A stretch of DNA of 64,000 bases from Dehalococcoidia bacterium (GTDB lineage Bacteria; Chloroflexota; Dehalococcoidia; Lucifugimonadales; UBA1123): the NCBI GenBank assembly GCA_963664365.1, contig OY761144.1, positions 425,596-489,595 of the forward strand, read 5' to 3'. The position numbers and the translations under genes were made by a program. Within the stretch, counting starts at the first letter, position 1. Each line of letters opens with the position of its first letter. Shown here one piece after another: positions 9,720-16,930 of the stretch. Below the pieces are notes generated by a model. That model was not told where the DNA came from, did not search any database, and saw only the letters and a program-made list of their open reading frames with translations.

Positions 9720-10111
9720 TAGAGACACACCCTTGGGACCCAACCGAGGGCTTGGATACCGAAGAAGATATGATAGATTACTTGGAGGCAGCTCTTGAGC
9801 TTGACGACCCGTGGCTGGTCGCGGCTGCTCTGACAGACATCGCCAGGGCGAAGGGTATGCCGGAAGTCGCCCAAGAGGTCGGACTTAGCGATGAGAGCAT
9901 GTACGAGTCGAATCGCCGCGGCGACGGGTTGGACTTTGCCATCGTGCTCAAGCTGACGCGCGCGCTTGGACTAAGGCTCCACGCGGGCGGATATGCGCGA
10001 ATCGCCGGCGATCAGGGAGCGCGCGAACCGAGAGCGGCCGACTGCTCCGGCTCTTCCGATGAGGTTGCACTCGACTCGAATTCTGTCGCCGAGTATGCAC
10101 AGGCCAGATGA
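9716..10111 (+). CDS. HigA-type HTH antitoxin (addiction module antidote protein type)
   Basis: Pattern WDPTEGLDTEEDMIDYLEAALELDDPWLVAAALTDIARAKGMPEVAQEVGLSDESMY...LKLTRALGLRL. Toxin-first gene order is typical of HigBA-like pairs. Confidence 0.7.
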   Translation: MIETHPWDPTEGLDTEEDMIDYLEAALELDDPWLVAAALTDIARAKGMPEVAQEVGLSDESMYESNRRGDGLDFAIVLKLTRALGLRLHAGGYARIAGDQGAREPRAADCSGSSDEVALDSNSVAEYAQAR

Positions 10112-10159
10112 ACACGCTTCCCCGTAACCTCGTTCCTATCACATTCGGAGATTGAACAC

Positions 10160-10426
10160 ATGGCAACTGTATTCATCCCGTCACTTATGCAGAAGTTGAG
10201 CGACGGACAGACTAACGTCGAAGTCGAAGGTTCCAATGTCCGACAGATTGTTGACAATCTTGACGCTCGGTATCCCGGCTTCAAGGAGCGCCTCGTCGAG
10301 GACGGCAGGATCAAGGGCAACATCTCAGTCGCCATAGACGGCGAGATAACGCCACTCGGCATTCTTGGCAAGGTGGGCGAGAACAGCGAAGTCCACTTTC
10401 TGCCCGCCCTGGGCGGCGGAGCATGA
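10160..10426 (+). CDS. MoaD/ThiS/CysO-family beta-grasp (ubiquitin-fold) sulfur-carrier-like protein with C-terminus GGGA
   Basis: 88 aa and a paralog of the CysO-like gene at 23075 (shared IP..L....GQ..V...G...R.I.D.....PG.KERL...G). It ends ..LPALGGGA, so one residue follows the Gly-Gly. Confidence 0.65.
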   Translation: MATVFIPSLMQKLSDGQTNVEVEGSNVRQIVDNLDARYPGFKERLVEDGRIKGNISVAIDGEITPLGILGKVGENSEVHFLPALGGGA

Positions 10427-10568
10427 GCCAAACAAAGCCCCAACCGCTCGGCGGCGGAGCATGAGCGAACAAAAGCCGCGACCGTCGCCCTGTCAGCAAT
10501 GCCCAACTCGAACCCCTACCTCGCTTTGTCTGGTACAATGACGCCAGCGATACTCGGAGGACGCCGCA

Positions 10569-10934
10569 ATGGGACGAACGACGGTAGAAGCCTTCGCCAT
10601 CGGACCGAATGGAACTCGGAAGTTGGAGTTCCTGGTCGATACGGGCGCGACGTTGGTTGGTCTTCCCCCGGAGGATATCGAGGCGCTGGGGCTGCCGATG
10701 GTTCACAACGGAAGGCGCAAGGTTCTGACGGCTACCGGCGTGATCGAGCAGGAGACCTACAGCGGATCGATACGGTTAAATGGCGAGGTCACGCCGGCGC
10801 TCGTATCAGAGGCTCCGGTTCCTCTCATCGGTGTGGAAGTACTACAACTTCTGGGATTGAAGGTAAACCTCGTTACGCATGAACTGGAAAAGCCCGGGGA
10901 GGACGAGATTCCTTACATGGCCTTGCTCCTTTGA
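10569..10934 (+). CDS. Retropepsin-like (clan AA) aspartic protease
   Basis: 121 aa with the catalytic-type motif FLVDTGATLVGLP and the later LIGVEVLQLLGL flap/dimer-like segment. A possible extended -10 (TGGTACAAT) lies upstream at about 10533-10541. Confidence 0.6.
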   Translation: MGRTTVEAFAIGPNGTRKLEFLVDTGATLVGLPPEDIEALGLPMVHNGRRKVLTATGVIEQETYSGSIRLNGEVTPALVSEAPVPLIGVEVLQLLGLKVNLVTHELEKPGEDEIPYMALLL

Positions 10935-10970
10935 CGAGATAGTTGGAAAATCAATACACAGGAGAACTCT

Positions 10971-11891
10971 ATGACAGACACTGACATCAAAGGCGTGGTC
11001 GTTCCGATGCTCACGCCGCTTAAGCCGGATGAGACTGTTGACGTTGACTCGCTGCGTCGGCTGGTCAACTATCTGATCGACAACGGCGTTCACGGGATCT
11101 GGGCGTCGGGGACCACCGGCGAGTTCGCCAATCTGCCGGACTCTGAGCGGATCAGGGGCATCGAGGCCACGGTGGACGCTGTCGCGGGCCGAGTTCCCGT
11201 GATCGGCAACATCTCCAGCACATCTACGAAGATGTCCGTCGAGTTGGCCCAGCAGGTCAGCGAATTGGGCATGGACGGCATCGCGCTGACTCCGCCCTAT
11301 TACTATCCCGACTCTCAGGACGAGCTTCTGGACCACTACCGCCACGTCCGGGACAGTGTCGGTCTGCCCCTGTGGGTGTACAACATCCCAGTGACGGTCA
11401 AGACGGCCGTCGCGCCGGGAACGATCGCGTCGCTGGCCGCCGAGGGCACGGTCGTCGGAGTCAAGGACAGTTCGGGCGCGGGCGAACTGCTGGCCCAGCT
11501 CAATATCCTCTGCGACCAGGGAGAGATATCCCTTCTCCGATTCCTGGGGACAGTGTTCAGAATTACGAGCGCGAGCGCGGTCGGCGTTCACGGGGTCATA
11601 CCGGGAATCGCCAATCTGGTCCCGGGCGTGTGCGCGCGGGGCTGGGAGGCAGGCGAGGCGGGAGACGCCGAGGCTGTCCGCGAGTCGAACGCACAGCTTC
11701 TGAAGGCGCAGAAGATCGGCGCGGTGGCGCAGGGCGGAGGCGCAAATGCCGCCAGCTTCGGCGGGATGAAGTCCGCGTTGAAGCAGATGGGCGTGATCGA
11801 CCACGATACGATGTCCCGGCCCTTCCGTCCGTTGACGGAGGAGGAGAAGGAGCAGATTCCGCCGATCTTGGAAGAACTGGGCCTGGTCTAA
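10971..11891 (+). CDS. Dihydrodipicolinate synthase/N-acetylneuraminate lyase family aldolase (DapA-like)
   Basis: 306 aa. N-terminus GVVVPMLTPLKPDETVDVDSLRRLVNYLIDNGVHGIWASGTTGEF and the PPYYY motif. Confidence 0.8.
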   Translation: MTDTDIKGVVVPMLTPLKPDETVDVDSLRRLVNYLIDNGVHGIWASGTTGEFANLPDSERIRGIEATVDAVAGRVPVIGNISSTSTKMSVELAQQVSELGMDGIALTPPYYYPDSQDELLDHYRHVRDSVGLPLWVYNIPVTVKTAVAPGTIASLAAEGTVVGVKDSSGAGELLAQLNILCDQGEISLLRFLGTVFRITSASAVGVHGVIPGIANLVPGVCARGWEAGEAGDAEAVRESNAQLLKAQKIGAVAQGGGANAASFGGMKSALKQMGVIDHDTMSRPFRPLTEEEKEQIPPILEELGLV

Positions 11892-12165
11892 CTCAGATCC
11901 AGCGTCTGACGATGGCATTGCAGTGTTGATGTGTGCGGGCGAGACGCCCGCGCTCCTACGGGTACTAGGCAGTGGATTTGGGTATGATGAAAGCGATTGA
12001 CAGCGTACTGGCGAAGTTGCTGCCGGACCGATACTCTCAGTACGCCGTTTGAGAGTATCGGAGGGCCACCTGGTCGAGGTGGATGTCGAAGCTGCTCCTC
12101 CTAATTGGGCGCAGGGGACGGAAGGCGGTCGGCGGCGAAGGTGTGCCAGATCGGTAAGGAGTGGC

Positions 12166-12217
12166 TTCACCCTCACCCCAACCCTCTCCCTCAAGGGAGA
12201 GGGGGTATGTTGGCTGG
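12166..12217. repeat. Palindromic intergenic repeat family P1 (core CCCTCTCCCTCAAGGGAGAGGG)
   Basis: Core copies at 12182-12203, 12772-12793, 13634-13655, 13702-13723, 13771-13792, 29681-29702, 35290-35311 and 60052-60072 (1-nt variant). Loop variant CCCTCTCCCAGNCTTGGGAGAGGG at 35006-35029, 39542-39565 and 60245-60268. Usually preceded by TCACCCTCACCCYAR. Confidence 0.85.
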
Positions 12218-12291
12218 TAGTTGTGCCTACTAAAGTGGCATAGGCTTGTTGATGGCCCCAAGGTCTAATTGTTGACTGGGCCTGTGTGGTT

Positions 12292-12678
12292 TCATTCGGA
12301 CACCAGGGCGTCTAGGCGTTCGAGCAGTTCTCCGTAGTCTTTGACCCATGTTGAGATCGATTCAGCGGTTTCGGCTGTTATCTTCATTCGTTCGGCGAGG
12401 TCGGCCAGATACTCTTGCTCCTCGCTGCTTACGTGTTCATCGGCGAAGGCGAGCATTATCGCATCGCGATAGACTAGCACGCGCGTCGGCCACGGCAGTT
12501 CGGTTAGGTCGTCGGGGACGTCGGGCAGGGCGTTTAGGTCGATGCCGAATTGTCCCGCGTGGTGGTCGAGGAGGTCTCGTTCGCTGGGATGAAGGCCATC
12601 TGAATGGGCCAGTTTCGACAGCGTGGCGACGTATAGTTCGGGCGAAAAGCCTTCGAGAGGGTTTTGAAGCGGGTCCAT
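12292..12678 (-). CDS. TerB-like (tellurite-resistance TerB/DjlA N-domain-like) small protein
   Basis: 128 aa, acidic and predicted helical. The segments LSKLAHSDGLHPSERDLL and AFADEHVSSEEQEYLADLAERMKI resemble the paired TerB repeat. Confidence 0.35.
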   Translation of the reverse strand: MDPLQNPLEGFSPELYVATLSKLAHSDGLHPSERDLLDHHAGQFGIDLNALPDVPDDLTELPWPTRVLVYRDAIMLAFADEHVSSEEQEYLADLAERMKITAETAESISTWVKDYGELLERLDALVSE

Positions 12679-12795
12679 GCTCTATTCCTCCAAGATTTTG
12701 TCCAGATTGTCAGTGTGGGCCATGGTCTTTCCATGGTGAGAGGGAATCTGTGTCAATCACCCTCACCCCAGCCCTCTCCCTCAAGGGAGAGGGGG

Positions 12796-13578
12796 TTAGT
12801 TGTCCGGTTGATGAGCCTGTTTCTCAGATAATCGCAAGGCCTCTTTGTTGAGCAGCGCGGTGAGGGCGCGGACGTGGTCGATCAGAGCCGACAGGCGTTG
12901 TTCCTGACCTCGGCTGAATCGTTGGTAGTTGTTTCCCGCATGGCCTTTGAGCCAGGCCAGTTCGTCGAGGCAGCCTTTGATTCGTTCTTCCGTGCGCTCA
13001 AGAAGCGTCTCGATCTCTTGCAGGGTTGTTCTCAGAGATCGGACTTCCGCTTCGACTTCGACGCGCCGCTCGGTCGCTTCTCTGGCGAATCTCTTGTTTC
13101 GGCTGTTGAGATATAGGCCGGAGCCGACGAGGGCGGCGCCTCCAACTCCCCATCCTACGGGCCCGGCGAGGGCCATCAGCGCGCTTCCACCGACGATACC
13201 ACCGCCGCCGGCTGATATGGCCATGGCCGCGGACGGTCCGAGCGCGGCGACGCCCACGCCCGCCATTGCTCCGGCGGCGCCCGCTGCGCTGCCTATCTTC
13301 GTTGAGTCGGGGGCCTCGGTCTCGAAATGGCTTACGGTTCCCGAGAACCTGTCGGCTTCTACGCGAAAGTCGGCAGCCGATCTTTGGAGATCATCGGGTG
13401 AGGCCACGATGAGGCTCGCGTAGTCCTCGACCGCCAGAATCACCTCGATAACGGCCCTCTGACGCTGCCGGAATAGTTGCATACCGGCGCGCTCTACCTG
13501 CTTGCGCGCGATTTCGCGCTCCTCGACGGAGTTGTTGAGTTCTTCTATCGCCTTTCGGCGCGCGGAGGAGTTGAACAC
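12796..13578 (-). CDS. Hypothetical coiled-coil membrane protein with a central glycine-zipper segment
   Basis: 260 aa. Charged, coiled-coil-like N- and C-terminal regions flank the G/A-rich hydrophobic core GSAAGAAGAMAGVGVAALG...GGIVGGSALMALAGPVGWGVGGAALVG. The 3' end runs into a palindromic repeat. Confidence 0.4.
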   Translation of the reverse strand: MFNSSARRKAIEELNNSVEEREIARKQVERAGMQLFRQRQRAVIEVILAVEDYASLIVASPDDLQRSAADFRVEADRFSGTVSHFETEAPDSTKIGSAAGAAGAMAGVGVAALGPSAAMAISAGGGGIVGGSALMALAGPVGWGVGGAALVGSGLYLNSRNKRFAREATERRVEVEAEVRSLRTTLQEIETLLERTEERIKGCLDELAWLKGHAGNNYQRFSRGQEQRLSALIDHVRALTALLNKEALRLSEKQAHQPDN

Positions 13579-13591
13579 TCTCCGTCTCCTT

Positions 13592-13808
13592 GTTGGCAGG
13601 GGTAGGTATTGGGCTTATTCACCCTCACCCCAGCCCTCTCCCTCAAGGGAGAGGGGGTATGTTGGCAGGGTTTGGTATTGACTTATTCACCCTCACCCCA
13701 GCCCTCTCCCTCAAGGGAGAGGGGGTATGTTGGCAGGGGTAGGTATTGGGCTTGTTCACCCTCACCCCAGCCCTCTCCCTCAAGGGAGAGGGGGTATGTT
13801 GGCTGGTC
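13592..13808. repeat. Tandem array of three 68-69-bp units, each containing a P1 palindrome
   Basis: TTCACCCTCACCCCAGCCCTCTCCCTCAAGGGAGAGGGGGTATGTTGGCAGG starts at 13618, 13686 and 13755. The inter-palindrome segments are also similar to each other. Confidence 0.85.
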
Positions 13809-13865
13809 ATCGTGTTGTTTTTGCCTATTCTTGTTAGCCCTTTCCTTGTTACATGCCCTGCCGAT

Positions 13866-15080
13866 CTAGCGGGGCACTTTGTATCCCCCCGCCTGCACTG
13901 AGGACAGGCCAGACTCGTCCCAGGGGTGGGCCAGGGCGACTTCCTCGTCGATGTCGGCTCCCCATCCGGGGGCGGTCGGAACGGTCATGTATCCGTCGGT
14001 TATCTCGGGGACGGCGGTGGTTAGCTCGTCTTTCCAGGGGACGTCGTCTATGTCGATCTCCATTATCCGCACGTTCGGGAGCGTGGCGCAAAGGCTGGCG
14101 CTGACGAAGGTGGACAGGTGGCTGTAGTAGTTGTGGGGCGCGACGTTGTGCTGATAGACCTCGGCGAGATCACCCACTTTCTTGGACTGGCTGAAGCCGT
14201 TCCAGGGGACATCGATCATGAACATGTCGGCCGAGTGGTTCTCGAAGTACGGGATGTAGTCGCGCATGTAGAAGAGGTTTTCGCCGGTGCAGATGCGCGT
14301 GGTGGTCGAGTCCTTGATCTGGCGCAGGCTCTTCGGCTCGTACATGTCGACCTCGAGCCAGAGCATGTCGAACTGCTCCAGCGCCTTGGCGATGCGGAGC
14401 GCGCCCTCGGTCTTGAAGTTGAAGTTGAGGTCTAGGTTGATGTCTATGTCGTCTCCTACGGCGTCTCTGAACGTACCGATCAGCTTTTCGACGTGGGGGA
14501 TGAGCCATTTCGGGGCGTATTGGTCGGTGGAGCCTATGCCGCCGCTGAATCCGCCCCCGAACGTGGCCTGCTGGCCGGGCATCAGTATGTTGGTCTTGAG
14601 GGCGGTAAAGCCGCGCTCCTTCACCTCGCGGCCCAAGTTGGTTACGGCGTCCCACGAGTCTATGGGAGGACAGCCTATGAGGTCGTGATGCCTGATCCGC
14701 GATGTGCCGCAGTGGGACCAATAGACGCGGACCTGCTCGCGCGTCGGTCCGCCGAAAAGCTCGGTCACGCTGATGCCGAGGGCCTTTGCCTTGATGTCTA
14801 TGAAGGCGCAGTCTAGGCCCGCGATGGCCTTGGCGGCGATGCCTCCGGGACTCTGGCGCGTGGCGCGGTACATGTCCTGGAAGCGCATCTCGAACGCCCT
14901 GGGGTCTTGGCCGATCAGGAGCGGCTTCAAGTCGCGGATCGTTCCCTCGATGCCGTGGGGAGATCTGCCGTCGGAACACTCGCCCCATCCGGTGATTCCT
15001 TCGTCGGTCTCGACCTTTACGAACATCCAGGGTCTCCAGCCGGCATCCACGATGAAGGTTTCGATGTTGGCGATTTTCAC
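13866..15080 (-). CDS. Enolase-superfamily enzyme (mandelate racemase/muconate lactonizing family, galactonate dehydratase-like)
   Basis: GTG start at 15080 preceded by GGAAAGGAA. N-terminus KIANIETFIVDAGWRPWMFVKVETDEGITGWGE. 404 aa. Confidence 0.8.
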   Translation of the reverse strand: MKIANIETFIVDAGWRPWMFVKVETDEGITGWGECSDGRSPHGIEGTIRDLKPLLIGQDPRAFEMRFQDMYRATRQSPGGIAAKAIAGLDCAFIDIKAKALGISVTELFGGPTREQVRVYWSHCGTSRIRHHDLIGCPPIDSWDAVTNLGREVKERGFTALKTNILMPGQQATFGGGFSGGIGSTDQYAPKWLIPHVEKLIGTFRDAVGDDIDINLDLNFNFKTEGALRIAKALEQFDMLWLEVDMYEPKSLRQIKDSTTTRICTGENLFYMRDYIPYFENHSADMFMIDVPWNGFSQSKKVGDLAEVYQHNVAPHNYYSHLSTFVSASLCATLPNVRIMEIDIDDVPWKDELTTAVPEITDGYMTVPTAPGWGADIDEEVALAHPWDESGLSSVQAGGYKVPR

Positions 15081-15251
15081 GTTCTGTTCCTTTCCAGAGG
15101 GGTTTGAATTCGGTTTGGATGATAACATGAGATTGGGGTTTAGGGTGTAAGGGGGTTTGTCCACGAAGGGCGCGAAGGGGCGCTAAGTGGTCTGAACTGT
15201 GATTCATTTGATTGGCATGATTAGCCAGATGCGCCTCCCTGCCCCGCACCT

Positions 15252-15280
15252 CTGGATTCCGGCCTTCGCCGGAATGACGG
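15252..15280. repeat. Hairpin repeat family P2 (CTGGATTCCGGCCTTCGCCGGAATSAC)
   Basis: Copies at 15252-15280, 26449-26476 and 56419-56447. Copies at about 39421-39475 and 60121-60175 are split by an inserted CCCCGTATCGGGTACGGGGCAGGCTC hairpin module. Copies are often extended by CATGGCCTTGTCAGGCCACATAAGGGG-TGAAAA. Confidence 0.8.
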
Positions 15281-15335
15281 GTTGGTTGGTTGGGCGTTTG
15301 ATGTTGCGGGCGGGACGCCCGCGCTCCCAAGGGGG

Positions 15336-15635
15336 TTAGACCCAGATTTTGATTGGGATTCGTTCTATCATCAGTTCGGTAATGGCGTGGACTAGGGCGT
15401 CGGCGCGGTCGGGGGAGCCGGAGGGTCCGAGTTCGGCGGACCAGGTACACATCTGGTCTTCGAGTTCGGGGAAGCGGCCTACGTGGTGGACTCGTCCCTG
15501 CTCGTAGAGGGCGGCTACGTGTTCTTCGAGGAGGTTCTCGTAGGCACGGACGATAGCCATACGCTGCGCGTAAGGAAGGCCGGTCACCTCGGCGGCGATC
15601 TCGGATATTAGGTTGTCAGATGTCAGCGACGTCAT
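15336..15635 (-). pseudogene. Terminase large subunit (TerL) remnant, copy 1 (N-terminal leader fused to the C-terminal end)
   Basis: 99 aa. The C-terminal FPELEDQMCTW....GSPDRADALVHAITELM resembles the conserved C-terminal end of GTA/HK97-type TerL. The N-terminal 45 aa align with copy 2. The ATPase and nuclease core is absent. The start overlaps the upstream stop (ATGA). Confidence 0.5.
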
Positions 15636-16576
15636 GGGTCAGGCGGTTTGTCGTCATCTTCCTGGTCGTCTGAGTGTGACGGGTAGATCTCCTTGTGCTT
15701 CCGCCGGCGGCGTTCTTCGATTTCGGGCCACTGCTTTTGGCGTTCGTATCGCAGGTTGATCTCTTCCCAGAACTTGGCGGCTTCCTCCTTAGCATAGGGA
15801 GTGAGGTCGAAGTCGTCGGGGGGCATGTATTTGGATATGTCTATCTTAGGTCGGTTGGGGTCGGGGTTCAGTTCGCCCTCGTCCTTCATGCGTTGGACTT
15901 CGGCGCGGGCCGCGGCCAGCTTTACGGGGTCAAGGTATTTGACGGGGCGTCGGTAAGGTTTCTTCTCGGCGGGCTCGGGCCGGGTGAGGGCGCGGCCGGT
16001 TCCGAGGATGCGGTCGAGCAGGCTTCGGGCGGCGCGCGTGCGGTGGTAGGCGGTTATGGCCGTGTCTTCGTCGGGTGCGCGGGCTATGTCTTCGAGGGTG
16101 TCTCGGAGGGTCTGGCCGTTGTCGGTGATTTTGAGGATGTATTTTTGGATGGTGGTTAGTGGATGGTGGATAGTGGATAGTTGGTCGTGGTTGGTGGGCG
16201 CGGCCGGGGGCGGGCCGAGGGTGTCGTTTAGGGTGTGTTTGATTTGGGTTACGAGTCTGGGGGAATCGGGTTCAGGTGTGGCGGTTTGGGGCGATTCGTG
16301 AATCGCCCCTACGTCGGTGTCGTCGGTTTGGTTGTCGGTGTCGTCGGTTTGGTTGTCGGTGTCGGAGGCGGGTGACTGTTTGGGGCACTTGCCGAGACCG
16401 TGGTCCATGAGTACGTTGGCGGCGGTGATGCGGTCGTTTGGGTTGGCGCGGTATCCGCCTTGTGAGATTTTGTGGAGGACGTCAATGAGGTCGCGGCCGT
16501 TGTTCGTCTCCGCGAGGGTGGCGTCGGCGAAGTCTTGCGCCGGGTTGGGTGGTGTCTGTTGGGCTGTGGTGGTCAT
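15632..16576 (-). CDS. TerS-like (phage small-terminase-like) multi-copy family protein, copy 1
   Basis: 314 aa with a duplicated module: TNNGRDLIDVLHKISQG...NDRITAANVLMDHGLGK and ITDNGQTLRDTLEDIA...YHRTRAARSLLDRILG. It sits at a terS-terL-type junction. Paralogs lie at 33768-34673 and 60306-61298. Confidence 0.4.
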   Translation of the reverse strand: MTTTAQQTPPNPAQDFADATLAETNNGRDLIDVLHKISQGGYRANPNDRITAANVLMDHGLGKCPKQSPASDTDNQTDDTDNQTDDTDVGAIHESPQTATPEPDSPRLVTQIKHTLNDTLGPPPAAPTNHDQLSTIHHPLTTIQKYILKITDNGQTLRDTLEDIARAPDEDTAITAYHRTRAARSLLDRILGTGRALTRPEPAEKKPYRRPVKYLDPVKLAAARAEVQRMKDEGELNPDPNRPKIDISKYMPPDDFDLTPYAKEEAAKFWEEINLRYERQKQWPEIEERRRRKHKEIYPSHSDDQEDDDKPPDP

Positions 16577-16621
16577 TGGAGTTTTTAGTCTTTAGTAGTT
16601 GGCCGTACTGTTGTGCTGGAT

Positions 16622-16651
16622 AGTATAGAGGGGTGAGAGAACGGATGTCAA
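16622..16651 (-). promoter_or_regulatory. Sigma70-type promoter of TerS-like copy 1
   Basis: The minus strand reads CCCCTTGACA-18 nt-TATACT. The same CCCCTTGACA box precedes copy 2 (34743-34748, -10 TATTCT at 34720-34725, 17-nt spacer), copy 3 (61324-61329) and the trpS T-box leader. Confidence 0.6.
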
Positions 16652-16712
16652 GGGGGTTTTTAGTGGATAGTGGATAGTGGATAGTGGGTAGTTTTTGGTT
16701 ATTGGTGGCGCT

Positions 16713-16930
16713 ATTCACGAAGGGCACGAAGGGGCACTAAGGGTTGTCTGAACTGTGATTTTTGTGATTGGGGTGATTTCGCTGATTGAGTTGGAGGATG
16801 TTCGGGGATTTTAGATTCCTCGCTGCGCTCGGAATGACAGGGTGTGTTGTCCACGAAGGGCACTAAGGGTCACGAAGGGTTGTCTGAACTGTGATTTTTG
16901 TGATTGGGGTGATTTCGCTGATTTTGGGGA
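16713..16930. repeat. Repeat family P3 (CACGAAGGGCRCTAAGGG..GTCTGAACTGTGATT..GGTGATTTCGCTGATT), two tandem copies
   Basis: Near-identical units at about 16713-16790 and 16848-16925. Related copies at 15160-15225, 34812-34945 and, inside a CDS, at 60995-61045. Confidence 0.75.

Noticed and set aside
13592-13808. CRISPR-like look of three regularly spaced ~45-bp palindromic repeats
   Set aside because: There are only three units. The segments that would be spacers (~23 bp) are near-identical to each other. The repeat is the ubiquitous P1 intergenic palindrome, and no cas genes are nearby. This is a tandem duplication, not a CRISPR array.
14170-15450. 426-aa minus-strand ORF overlapping the enolase-superfamily gene
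   Set aside because: It is an alternate frame of a well-supported gene, has an extremely Arg/Pro/His-rich translation, and runs on through intergenic repeats.
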